This document shows positions 16,519 to 23,959 of a stretch of 37,431 bases of DNA, one piece after another. Source of the stretch: a virus; IMG/VR virus record IMGVR_UViG_3300002091_000013, positions 1-37,431 of that record; one strand, given 5' to 3'. Within the stretch, counting starts at the first letter, position 1, and each line of letters starts with the position of its first letter. The translations under genes were made by a program, and so were the position numbers. The notes beneath the pieces were generated by a model. The model searched no databases, was not told the DNA's origin, and worked only from the letters and a program-made list of their open reading frames with translations.

Positions 16519-16725
16519 ATGACAATAGAAGAAGTTTATAACTTTTTTGGCAGTGCTCGTGGCATGGAACGCAAGATTGGTATCAGTCATGCGTCTATGA
16601 AAAATTGGCGCGACCGAGGTTACATTCCAATAGAAACCCAGGTAAGAATCCAGCTGTTAACAGAAGAAGCGTTAAAAGCGGATTTGTCGCATTGTAATAA
16701 GGTAGATGAAGCTAACAGCAGATGA
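16519..16725 (+). CDS. Cro/YdaS-like HTH DNA-binding protein
   Basis: RKIGISHASMKNWRDRGYIP is a helix-turn-helix followed by the W..rg.iP motif typical of the Cro/YdaS family. First gene of the rightward early operon. Confidence 0.65.
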   Translation: MTIEEVYNFFGSARGMERKIGISHASMKNWRDRGYIPIETQVRIQLLTEEALKADLSHCNKVDEANSR

Positions 16726-16918
16726 AAAGGAAGAGCTAGCGCAGTTAAGAAAGAGTGCGGCGAAGTTTATGACAGACCCATTGGACAAGGCTTTCTTTGA
16801 ATTGGAAACAATCTTAGAAAGACCAGTGGGTCATCGAGTTGATGAGGTTATGCCTTATAATGCGTTTAGAGTTTTAGCGCGGGCATTGATTGAGTTGAAA
16901 AGGAGTTTGGGTAAATGA
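16706..16918 (+). CDS. Hypothetical protein, 70 aa
   Basis: ORF overlapping both neighbours. Confidence 0.45.
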   Translation: MKLTADEKEELAQLRKSAAKFMTDPLDKAFFELETILERPVGHRVDEVMPYNAFRVLARALIELKRSLGK

Positions 16919-17160
16919 GAGAACATAATATTGTCTGCGATAACTGTAGGGTAGAGATTTGTCCAGGCAATAACTTTATTAGTATTGGAACTGCGTATCA
17001 GGACGGATTTGAAATAAGAAGTGTATTTGCTGGTGAAGACGCTCACTTTTGTAATAAACAATGCTTGGTTGAATATATTAGTAGATGTAAGTTAGACCCA
17101 ACATCGCCAATGGCGGCATGTTGTTCATGTCACGCAGGGGGCTATGATGAATGTAAGTAA
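16915..17160 (+). CDS. Cys-rich hypothetical protein, 81 aa (FCS/TRASH-like zinc motif)
   Basis: CDNC ... HFCNKQC. Confidence 0.5.
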   Translation: MREHNIVCDNCRVEICPGNNFISIGTAYQDGFEIRSVFAGEDAHFCNKQCLVEYISRCKLDPTSPMAACCSCHAGGYDECK

Positions 17161-17416
17161 GATTGTAACAATAAGTTTATGTACGTTATTTATAACAGCT
17201 TGTGGTGATAATCCATTTAATGATGATACTCCACTCAATGATAATGACTATGCGATGATTAGAATTGAAATGGATAGATGTAGTCACATTACTAAAGAGG
17301 GTTCTTGGACTGCAAATATGCGATGGTCTCCTAAGATGTCATGTCTTGAGCATCTAAAGCATCGTATAATTCACACGGGTAAGGCGAGTGCGGAGGCATT
17401 AGAACATGATATTTAA
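17144..17416 (+). CDS. Putative lipoprotein, 90 aa
   Basis: Signal peptide MMNVSKIVTISLCTLFITAC with lipobox ITAC. Confidence 0.6.
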   Translation: MMNVSKIVTISLCTLFITACGDNPFNDDTPLNDNDYAMIRIEMDRCSHITKEGSWTANMRWSPKMSCLEHLKHRIIHTGKASAEALEHDI

Positions 17417-17543
17417 GAAGTTTATTTGCTGGTTACGAGGGCATGAATTTGTATTAAATTCCAATCAATTATTTACAAGTGTGGCTTGCTGCCGAAGATG
17501 CAAAAAATCTTTGGATAATACTGACGAACATGAGCATTTATAA
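17406..17543 (+). CDS. Small Cys protein, 45 aa (DUF1660-like; not in ORF track)
   Basis: Product is MIFKKFICWLRGHEFVLNSNQLFTSVACCRRCKKSLDNTDEHEHL. Its stop overlaps the next ATG (TAATG). Confidence 0.45.
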   Translation: MIFKKFICWLRGHEFVLNSNQLFTSVACCRRCKKSLDNTDEHEHL

Positions 17544-17797
17544 TGGAAAAACGAGAATTATTGGATGAATTAAAAAGTTCTTTTGAGTTTGCAGATGCAA
17601 TCTTGGGATTGGCTGAAGATAGCGAGCCTATTAGATGTTTGGCTTATGCTGTGGCTGAGAAATTAGGGCAGTTAATTGCCGAATTAGAAGCTGAACCTAA
17701 GCAATATGTTATAAGAAAAGATTCGCTTACAGAAGAGCAATGGGCCGCAATTAAAGAAAGTTTCAAGTGCGCGAGTACTAAACATGACGCACTTTAG
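17543..17797 (+). CDS. Hypothetical protein, 84 aa
   Basis: ORF in a tightly coupled series. Confidence 0.5.
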   Translation: MEKRELLDELKSSFEFADAILGLAEDSEPIRCLAYAVAEKLGQLIAELEAEPKQYVIRKDSLTEEQWAAIKESFKCASTKHDAL

Positions 17798-17972
17798 TAT
17801 AGACGAACTGCAGAAATTAATGTTCTGTGTAGCATCTCATATCGATAATAAAGGTGATCCAGTTTATCCTGAATTGGTGGCTAAGCTGCGTCATCTTTTG
17901 AAACCGGACAGCATGACGCAAAAACAAATAGATTATTACAATTTATTGGATAAAGTTAATGGACGAGCGTGA
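17784..17972 (+). CDS. Hypothetical protein, 62 aa
   Basis: ORF in a tightly coupled series. Confidence 0.45.
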   Translation: MTHFSIDELQKLMFCVASHIDNKGDPVYPELVAKLRHLLKPDSMTQKQIDYYNLLDKVNGRA

Positions 17973-18147
17973 AGGTGAAGTGTGGGGATTTAACTACGGA
18001 AGTATGTACGCGTTAAAACTTAATTGTATTGGGCTGTTAAAGATGAGTCACAAGTATGGAATGGGTGCTACTTATCCTACTAAGCGTGATGCTTTAAATG
18101 CTTTGTCAGCCAGATTAAAACAACTTATGGATGAAGAAGATGAATAA
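17959..18147 (+). CDS. Hypothetical protein, 62 aa
   Basis: ORF in a tightly coupled series. Confidence 0.45.
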   Translation: MDEREGEVWGFNYGSMYALKLNCIGLLKMSHKYGMGATYPTKRDALNALSARLKQLMDEEDE

Positions 18148-18322
18148 AATTAAATTACTACAAAAGTTAATTTGGATGGAAGGCAGTATTAATAGTCTGC
18201 TTTTCGTTGCAAACGATCAGGGACTACATGACGCGTTGGATTGCATTTACGAAAGACTACTAGACATTATTAAGGAGTTAAATTTTGAAGAAACCAACGT
18301 CGCAGAAGCCGCCGAATTTTAA
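18131..18322 (+). CDS. Hypothetical protein, 63 aa
   Basis: ORF in a tightly coupled series. Confidence 0.45.
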   Translation: MKKMNKIKLLQKLIWMEGSINSLLFVANDQGLHDALDCIYERLLDIIKELNFEETNVAEAAEF

Positions 18323-18467
18323 AACAGAAGATGGCAGATGGTATTTAGTTCGTTGTTATGAATGCGAACCAGAACGAGGCACTGAGAACTATGCCGCAGC
18401 AGTTTCTAGCGGAATTTGTTACAGATGTGGGCATGATGTTAATAAAAAGGATGTTCTAACATCTTGA
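18285..18467 (+). CDS. Zinc-ribbon hypothetical protein, 60 aa
   Basis: CYEC ... CYRC. Confidence 0.45.
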   Translation: MKKPTSQKPPNFKTEDGRWYLVRCYECEPERGTENYAAAVSSGICYRCGHDVNKKDVLTS

Positions 18468-18496
18468 TTTAATAACTTTTTACCCTCAGAATGAAA

Positions 18497-18529
18497 AGCT
18501 TAGTCAGTACGTCTAATACTGACTAAGCT
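18497..18529. other. Perfect 13-bp inverted repeat AGCTTAGTCAGTA / TACTGACTAAGCT
   Basis: Stem 18497-18509 / 18517-18529 with 7-nt loop CGTCTAA. No T-tract follows. Confidence 0.5.
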
Positions 18530-18791
18530 ATGGGCGTAGCCCTTGGCTATTTACACCTATTACAAGTAGGCGAAATATGCTGTTATTTTATCCATAATAT
18601 CTCGCCATTGCAAATTTATTTCACGTCTTTTAGAAGAGGGATTTTTATCATGCGGAAATTATTTATTCGTCAATCACTGAATCACGCACCGGGTTATAAT
18701 CTTCGGTGGCATATTGAACGCGTCAAAATGATGGAGGAGATGTGGGAGACAGTTTGTGCTCATGTTAGAGTTAGATAGCTGTAAAACGGAC

Positions 18792-18814
18792 GGGGGTTTT
18801 TAAGCCCCCATTTT
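18792..18814 (+). terminator. Possible terminator/attenuator hairpin before the primase gene
   Basis: GGGGG (18792-96) pairs with CCCCC (18805-09), then ATTTT. Confidence 0.35.
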
Positions 18815-18844
18815 AACTTAAAAAGTGAAGAAGGATTTTGCCCT

Positions 18845-20653
18845 ATGAGCATAGCACAAGTGACAAATATTCAACAAGATTTAAGCAAATTATTCGGCGA
18901 AAACCAAGGTTATTGGGAGTATAGGGACAAAAATAATAACTTTTTATGTTACACAGTCAGGAAAACAAGCAAAGAAACGGGTAAAAAATATTTTATTCCT
19001 TTTATTTATGAGAACAACAAATGGTTATCTGAGTTTTTTAAAGACATAAAAGGGGAAACCATTAAAGAGCGGCCTATTTATAATGTGAAAGAGCTTTATG
19101 ATCGGCCGGATTGCCCTGTTTTGTTAGTTGAGGGAGAGAAAACGGCTGATGCCGGTAAATATTTTTTCCCGGAAATGGTCTGTGTTACTTGGCTTGGAGG
19201 GTCTGGAAAGGCGAAAAATGCTGAGTTTTATCATTTGGAAGGCAGAACAGTATATTTTATTCCAGATAACGATGAATCAGGATATAAGGCGGCTGATGTA
19301 ATTATTGATCGCTTATTAAAACTAAATATTGAACTTCATTTTGTTGATATAAAGCAACTTGGTGTCCCGGAAAATTGGGATATAGCTGATTTATACGATG
19401 ATTACGGGACTATTGGCGTCGAAGATGTTCTGATGACAGTTCGGGATTGCCCTCAATACACATTACCCGTTGCCGAATTTGATGGTTCTTCTTATCCTGA
19501 TATGAGCGATGCCACTAAACCAAAGCCATTAGATACGGCTGCTAATTTAAAACATATGTTGGATTTTTATAAAATAAATACTAGATGGAATATGATGGCT
19601 CGAATTAGGGAAATTACAATCCCTGGAACTCAGTTCTATATGGAAGAACGAGATAACGCAGCTTTACATCATATTACCGACATGGCAATTACCCATAATT
19701 TACCATCCAAGCGTGTGGATAAGCATTTAGATGCTATAAGCTGGGATAATACCTACCATCCGGTTAGGGATTGGATATTAAGCGCCCCACTTTCAGACCA
19801 TGAAATTTTTGATAAATTTTTAACGACAATCAAAACGACTAATGATGACTTATCATTCATTTTACTTCGAAGATGGTTAATTTCAGCCATCTGCGCTGTA
19901 TTTACTGAGTCAGGTTTCTGTGCTCAAGGCGTTCTAGTTATACAAGGAGAGCCAAACACTCATAAATCCTCTTTCGTAATGTCGCTTGCACCTCAAGAAA
20001 TGCGAGCCATAAAAGGAGGGTTATCCTTAGATCCCTCTAAGAAAGACGACATATTCACATCAGCTGAATATTGGATAGCTGAGCTTGGAGAGCTAGACGC
20101 AACATTCCGCAAAGCAGACATCGCACGCCTTAAATCGCATATCACCAATGATATTGACGATGTTCGTAGACCACACGCCGTGCGCAATAGCCGCATGATG
20201 AGAAGAACCGTATATGCCGCAACAGTCAATGAGGCCCGTTTCTTGGTCGATAAGACAGGTAACAGACGTTGGTGGACCATTAGCGTCACAGAGCCCATAC
20301 AAACACGTCACGGGCTTAATATGCAACAGCTATGGCGTTATGTGTATGAGCTTTACTTGAAGGGCGAATCACCCTTCCTAACGCGCGAGGAAATGGAACA
20401 ACTGAATGAAATGAACAAAGAGTATGAGTTCCTAGATCCATTCGAAGAAAAACTAGAAACTCATTTTGATTGGGAATGGCCAGATAGATTGTGGATGAAC
20501 TCCTCAGAAGTACTTCAACGTATAGGATATGACAAACCTACTACTAACGATTGTACTCGCATGGGAACACTACTGACTAAGATGAAAATACAGAAAGGAA
20601 CCGGAAGGAAACATCGACATTATTTCATGCCTATCTTCCTTCCGCCGCGGTAA
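18845..20653 (+). CDS. DNA primase/helicase-like replication protein (Toprim + VirE/P-loop domains)
   Basis: Toprim motifs VLLVEGEKTADAG and YFIPDNDESGYKAA. C-terminal VirE-like region with P-loop-like IQGEPNTHKSSF and RRWW motif. Confidence 0.85.
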   Translation: MSIAQVTNIQQDLSKLFGENQGYWEYRDKNNNFLCYTVRKTSKETGKKYFIPFIYENNKWLSEFFKDIKGETIKERPIYNVKELYDRPDCPVLLVEGEKTADAGKYFFPEMVCVTWLGGSGKAKNAEFYHLEGRTVYFIPDNDESGYKAADVIIDRLLKLNIELHFVDIKQLGVPENWDIADLYDDYGTIGVEDVLMTVRDCPQYTLPVAEFDGSSYPDMSDATKPKPLDTAANLKHMLDFYKINTRWNMMARIREITIPGTQFYMEERDNAALHHITDMAITHNLPSKRVDKHLDAISWDNTYHPVRDWILSAPLSDHEIFDKFLTTIKTTNDDLSFILLRRWLISAICAVFTESGFCAQGVLVIQGEPNTHKSSFVMSLAPQEMRAIKGGLSLDPSKKDDIFTSAEYWIAELGELDATFRKADIARLKSHITNDIDDVRRPHAVRNSRMMRRTVYAATVNEARFLVDKTGNRRWWTISVTEPIQTRHGLNMQQLWRYVYELYLKGESPFLTREEMEQLNEMNKEYEFLDPFEEKLETHFDWEWPDRLWMNSSEVLQRIGYDKPTTNDCTRMGTLLTKMKIQKGTGRKHRHYFMPIFLPPR

Positions 20654-20752
20654 CGCCTAGGCGTTACGCCTGGTTACGCCTCATTTTGGTAGGCGTAACC
20701 GACATAGACCATACTGGGTATGGTTCCGTTACGCCGTTACGCCTGTTACTCC
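20650..20752. repeat. Left iteron array (GTTACGCC orientation)
   Basis: GTAACGCC at 20650. GTTACGCC at 20663, 20673, 20728 and 20736. GTTACTCC at 20745. One inverted GGCGTAAC at 20692. GTAACGCCTAGGCGTTAC (20650-20667) is a perfect palindrome. Confidence 0.85.
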
Positions 20753-20757
20753 TATTT

Positions 20758-20790
20758 ATAATAATAATAATAATAATAATAATATATATA
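20758..20790. repeat. (ATA)9 trinucleotide microsatellite followed by a TA run
   Basis: ataataataataataataataataatatatata read directly. Confidence 0.95.
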
Positions 20791-20826
20791 GAGACACGTG
20801 AAATACGCGTATAGTACAAAAAAATA

Positions 20827-20936
20827 GGCGTAACATCGTAACGGCGTAACCAAATCGTCTACAACCCGCTCCAGCACTGACTTGTTACGCGTTACGGGGC
20901 GTAACATAGGCGTAACATATTTGGTATAGGCGTAAC
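20827..20936. repeat. Right iteron array (GGCGTAAC orientation)
   Basis: GGCGTAAC at 20827, 20843, 20898, 20909 and 20929. Partial CGTAAC at 20837. Two degenerate forward copies, GTTACGCG at 20884 and GTTACGGG at 20891. Confidence 0.85.
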
Positions 20937-20973
20937 CGAAATTAAGTTGTTTAATTAGAGTGAAGGAGAGAAA

Positions 20974-21267
20974 ATGGACACAAAGTATAAGATAGTTCAA
21001 TTGTTGCCTGTTACGGATGTTTGGATTAGATTTAAAGAGGACACTGGCGAAGATTATTATGACAAGGCCATTGCGTTAGCATTAATTGAATATCACATGC
21101 CATCTATTGGATTATGCCAAGGATTAACATATTTATGTCGTGCTGAAGTTGAAACGCTGGAAGTTGGCGGCATTCAGCAAACTCAGGACATTTTCTTTGA
21201 ATGGGAACTGCCAGAGGAGTTAAAGCGTGACTTGGGAGGAGTTCGTAAAGGAAGTTGCGGAGTTTAG
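20974..21267 (+). CDS. Hypothetical protein, 97 aa
   Basis: RBS GAAGGAGAG upstream of the ATG. Confidence 0.55.
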   Translation: MDTKYKIVQLLPVTDVWIRFKEDTGEDYYDKAIALALIEYHMPSIGLCQGLTYLCRAEVETLEVGGIQQTQDIFFEWELPEELKRDLGGVRKGSCGV

Positions 21268-21523
21268 AGGAATAGTACTATTAAGCTTTGATATGGATTG
21301 GTTGGGTAGGTTGCTACCCAACATTCCCTATAATCTTCGTGATAAGACCCTGATTACATACATTGACGTATGGTCTAGTGCAATGTCAGAATGTGACAAG
21401 CCAATTCAGGCTATGAATGTAGGTAGACGCGCTGCTAATATTTATTTAAGAGAGTTAATTGATGAAAGGAATAGTAAAGTTTTACAACACGGAAAAGGGA
21501 TATGGGTTCATCAAGGCGAATAA
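21227..21523 (+). CDS. Hypothetical protein, 98 aa, GTG start
   Basis: GAGGAG lies 7 nt upstream of the GTG. The 3' end overlaps the csp gene by 65 nt. Confidence 0.45.
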   Translation: MTWEEFVKEVAEFRGIVLLSFDMDWLGRLLPNIPYNLRDKTLITYIDVWSSAMSECDKPIQAMNVGRRAANIYLRELIDERNSKVLQHGKGIWVHQGE

Positions 21524-21659
21524 CATTGATTACTTTGTTCATATTAGAGATATTAAAAATATGGCGCCTAATGGTTCGTTAATAGCGGGTCAGAGTGTGG
21601 ATTTTGAAGCTCAAGAGAACGCCAAAGGTAAAACCGCTAAGAATGTACAAGTCATATGA
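21459..21659 (+). CDS. Cold-shock domain protein (CspA family)
   Basis: KGIVKFYNTEKGYGFIKANNIDYFVHIRDI contains the RNP1-like KGYGFI and RNP2-like YFVHI motifs. The 66-aa size is typical. Confidence 0.85.
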   Translation: MMKGIVKFYNTEKGYGFIKANNIDYFVHIRDIKNMAPNGSLIAGQSVDFEAQENAKGKTAKNVQVI

Positions 21660-21922
21660 CAGAGACTATCCTAGAAGAGGCTGAGCATATTGTTGGAGGC
21701 GACAGACGCAAAGAGTACGGTGATGTCCGAGTTAGCTTTATGCGGATTGCGGATATGTGGTCGGGTTATCTTGGATATCAAATCACCGTTTCAGATGTAG
21801 CTCATATGATGATCTTGATGAAGGTGTCACGTAATGCAAAGAACTTTAAGCGTGACAACCTCGTGGACATATGTGGTTACGCACGCTGTGCAGAAATGTT
21901 ACTCGAAGGTCTTCCTGATTAA
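21656..21922 (+). CDS. Hypothetical protein, 88 aa (DUF6378-like)
   Basis: GGDRRKEYGD...F..IADMWS.YLG...T..DVAHMMILMKVSR pattern, as seen in many phage small proteins. Confidence 0.55.
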   Translation: MTETILEEAEHIVGGDRRKEYGDVRVSFMRIADMWSGYLGYQITVSDVAHMMILMKVSRNAKNFKRDNLVDICGYARCAEMLLEGLPD

Positions 21923-22099
21923 CTTGTAGATGATGTTTGTCTTAGGTTTTACTTCTTTCTTTGGATGATCGATAAGTATTTTGTCTGGCGCACAGATAGC
22001 AAGCCGTACTTTGTCGCCTTGATAACTTAATACTTCAATAATAATCTCTTCCCCGTTAATGAATATACGCTCATGCGGGCGTCTCGTTAAAATCAGCAC
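21899..22099 (-). CDS. csrA: CsrA/RsmA-family RNA-binding protein homologue, GTG start
   Basis: MLILTRRPHERIFINGEEIIIEVLSYQGDKVRLAICAPDKILIDHPKK aligns with E. coli CsrA ([46 protein letters not shown]). GGAGGAG lies 9 nt upstream of the GTG. Confidence 0.8.
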   Translation of the reverse strand: MLILTRRPHERIFINGEEIIIEVLSYQGDKVRLAICAPDKILIDHPKKEVKPKTNIIYKLIRKTFE

Positions 22100-22220
22100 C
22101 TAACCACTCCTCCGTGTATTTATAGTCCTCAGCATGTTCATCTTCATATGCTTGTTTTAGTTCCCTCTGTTCAGCTTCTATTTCGTCTTCGTCACCGTGT
22201 AAATTGTCGTATCTACCCAC
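22071..22220 (-). CDS. Possible acidic micro-protein, 49 aa, GTG start (not in ORF track)
   Basis: Fills the 113-nt gap upstream of csrA, with GGGAG 7 nt before the GTG. It overlaps the csrA start by 29 nt. Weak support. Confidence 0.3.
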   Translation of the reverse strand: MGRYDNLHGDEDEIEAEQRELKQAYEDEHAEDYKYTEEWLGADFNETPA

Positions 22221-22389
22221 CTATTTTCTCCCAATTCATAATAGTAGCTTCTAATTCTCTTAATTCACTTCTCATTTCTCGACTGAAATTATGTAATCCG
22301 TCTTCATAAGATGCCGTCATTTCTGCTCCTTCACACCACTGTTGCATTAATTCTAATTTAATTTGCAAATACGATTTAAACTCATCCAT
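22213..22389 (-). CDS. Hypothetical protein, 58 aa
   Basis: Internal Met of track ORF 22213..22458, giving an ATGGATGA overlap with the upstream stop. Confidence 0.5.
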   Translation of the reverse strand: MDEFKSYLQIKLELMQQWCEGAEMTASYEDGLHNFSREMRSELRELEATIMNWEKIGG

Positions 22390-22570
22390 TTTGAGCGCAC
22401 CCCATGCCGTGAATACAACCCAACCCAAAAAACAGTACTGCGACTTCATGTAAGTCAAGGTTGTTTTGGTCGTAAGTTCGCAGGAATTCTTCCCATTTAT
22501 TTTGGAAGAACTTTGACCGAGTAACCTCTTGTAAAAATTCTTCTGTGTGTGCGTCTGTCCATTGTTTCAT
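22382..22570 (-). CDS. Hypothetical protein, 62 aa
   Basis: Internal Met of track ORF 22382..22597, giving an ATGA overlap with the upstream stop. Confidence 0.5.
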   Translation of the reverse strand: MKQWTDAHTEEFLQEVTRSKFFQNKWEEFLRTYDQNNLDLHEVAVLFFGLGCIHGMGCAQNG

Positions 22571-23148
22571 CTGTAGAATTCTCCGCATTTCTTGCATTTC
22601 TCATGCCATGGCCCATTAGCGCCACCTGTTGTGTAGCCTATACAATCGCTCTCATGCTCACAGGCGGCCAGAAGTTCTACCCAATAAAATATTTGTGCTT
22701 CAATTAGTGCGTTCCGCGATTCGTAAAGCTGTTCTTCCATCCACCAACTGCCGTCATCCCCATCAAGATATGTTTCATCGGATGACATATCTATGTCACA
22801 TATCACTAATGAATGTGGTTCGTACTCGTCATTATTTAAGCGCCAAACCGTTTGACCAACTTTGTATTTTGACTTTGGGTGCTTGGCTTCGTATAACTTA
22901 GCTAACAAAGAATCTAAGTTAAAGTATTGACCGCCTGTTTTGTGTATATTGTTTAACAAATGGTAGGCGCAAGCGTAGGCTCCTTCAATCATTCTGATTT
23001 CTGTTGATAATGAATGATTGGTTTTATGTGCCAAGTCATATGCTTCTTCTAATTTATCAAATTCAATCATCCTAATGTCCTCACAACTACACCAATTGTA
23101 ATCAGCACCACAACAACTGTTGCGCACACCGTCATTATATTTAGACAT
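22567..23148 (-). CDS. Hypothetical Cys-rich protein, 193 aa
   Basis: Largest ORF of the early leftward operon. N-terminal CC..C.C and C-terminal C..C clusters. Confidence 0.6.
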   Translation of the reverse strand: MSKYNDGVRNSCCGADYNWCSCEDIRMIEFDKLEEAYDLAHKTNHSLSTEIRMIEGAYACAYHLLNNIHKTGGQYFNLDSLLAKLYEAKHPKSKYKVGQTVWRLNNDEYEPHSLVICDIDMSSDETYLDGDDGSWWMEEQLYESRNALIEAQIFYWVELLAACEHESDCIGYTTGGANGPWHEKCKKCGEFYR

Positions 23149-23155
23149 ACTTCAA

Positions 23156-23434
23156 TCATAATTCCCCCTGCTTGAGACGGCATTTAATGGCTAGCGCATC
23201 TGTTAATTCTTGGACTAAGTTATTTAATTCGTCTGGCGGTAAATCCATTCGGTAACCGTTGTTATATTTATCTAAGACATTTAGTAGTGTTTCTTTAATG
23301 CTGAAACCATTACATATAATGTCCATTGGAAACTGGGATGGATCATAAAATGTAAATTGTTGGCTTTGAGGACTATTCCATGCTTCAAGATAGTCTTTTG
23401 GTGGTAGCGATAAATCCTCAGGTATGTCATTCAT
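23156..23434 (-). CDS. Hypothetical protein, 92 aa
   Basis: ORF with a 4-nt overlap to the upstream gene. Confidence 0.5.
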   Translation of the reverse strand: MNDIPEDLSLPPKDYLEAWNSPQSQQFTFYDPSQFPMDIICNGFSIKETLLNVLDKYNNGYRMDLPPDELNNLVQELTDALAIKCRLKQGEL

Positions 23435-23730
23435 TCCAACACCTTCGCTAAGTCTTTAATTGCTTTCTGAATGAGAAACTTTGCATCATCTAGTGACGCC
23501 ATTTGTACTCGCGTGTTCCAAAATTCTATGGCTTTCTCGATGCTGTCGGAAGATGATGAATAGGGGCAGCACGTGCAATTAGCACAACGTATTTTGTACC
23601 ACCACTCATATAGGATATCGAATGAGTCACCCTCATCATTTACATAGGGTCCACAAAATGGACATGGCAACACTCTCGGATCACCGCCCTTAATATAATC
23701 TATGTGCTGTAACTTATTATGTCTGGCCAT
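23431..23730 (-). CDS. lar: Lar-family (restriction-alleviation-like) zinc-ribbon protein, 99 aa
   Basis: LPCPFCG ... IRCANCTC ... SIEKAIEFWNTR matches the Lar family pattern (CPFCG ... C..C ... A...WN.R). Start set at the Met that overlaps the upstream TAA (TAATG). Confidence 0.65.
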   Translation of the reverse strand: MARHNKLQHIDYIKGGDPRVLPCPFCGPYVNDEGDSFDILYEWWYKIRCANCTCCPYSSSSDSIEKAIEFWNTRVQMASLDDAKFLIQKAIKDLAKVLE

Positions 23731-23810
23731 TAGTAATGCGCTCCACAATAAGTTTGGGTACAAGCCGCTAATAAGCACACCGCTATTACTATTAAAATTA
23801 ATTTATTCAT
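23730..23810 (-). CDS. Possible 26-aa lipobox micro-peptide (not in ORF track)
   Basis: Product MNKLILIVIAVCLLAACTQTYCGAHY has lipobox LAAC. GAGG lies 5 nt upstream. TAATG couples it to lar. Confidence 0.4.
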   Translation of the reverse strand: MNKLILIVIAVCLLAACTQTYCGAHY

Positions 23811-23812
23811 AT

Positions 23813-23959
23813 CTACCTCGTCCACATCGCATGTAATGCCATTGAGAATATCACTACCATGGCCATCTTTATGCCCAATGCCCATCCAATATAGCCACTC
23901 ATAGCGCCGGACATAATTGGTTCACTGTTTCTAATTGCCCATCTGATTAGCTTTTTCAT
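23813..23959 (-). CDS. Small membrane protein, 48 aa (not in ORF track)
   Basis: Product is MKKLIRWAIRNSEPIMSGAMSGYIGWALGIKMAMVVIFSMALHAMWTR. ATGA overlap with the upstream gene. One hydrophobic segment. Confidence 0.5.
   Translation of the reverse strand: MKKLIRWAIRNSEPIMSGAMSGYIGWALGIKMAMVVIFSMALHAMWTR

Larger units (their letters stand above)
20650..20936. other. Putative origin of replication (iterons flanking an AT-rich (ATA)9 tract)
   Basis: About 7 GTTACGCC-type repeats lie left of the AT tract and about 6 GGCGTAAC repeats (the inverse orientation) lie right of it. The first repeat overlaps the primase stop codon. Confidence 0.6.

Noticed and set aside
18530-18778. 82-aa ORF in the pre-primase gap
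   Set aside because: It starts immediately after the 13-bp hairpin with no RBS, and the product is odd. A shorter internal ORF from about 18650 (MRKLFIRQ...) has a weak GAGGG but is unsupported. Left unannotated.
20650-20936. CRISPR array
   Set aside because: The repeats are only 8 bp, irregularly spaced, in both orientations and without spacer-like unique units. This fits iterons, not CRISPR.
20752-21000. 82-aa minus-strand ORF ending in a poly-Tyr run
   Set aside because: The YYYYYYYYY run is simply the (ATA)9 microsatellite read in frame. The ORF spans the iteron/AT-rich origin region.
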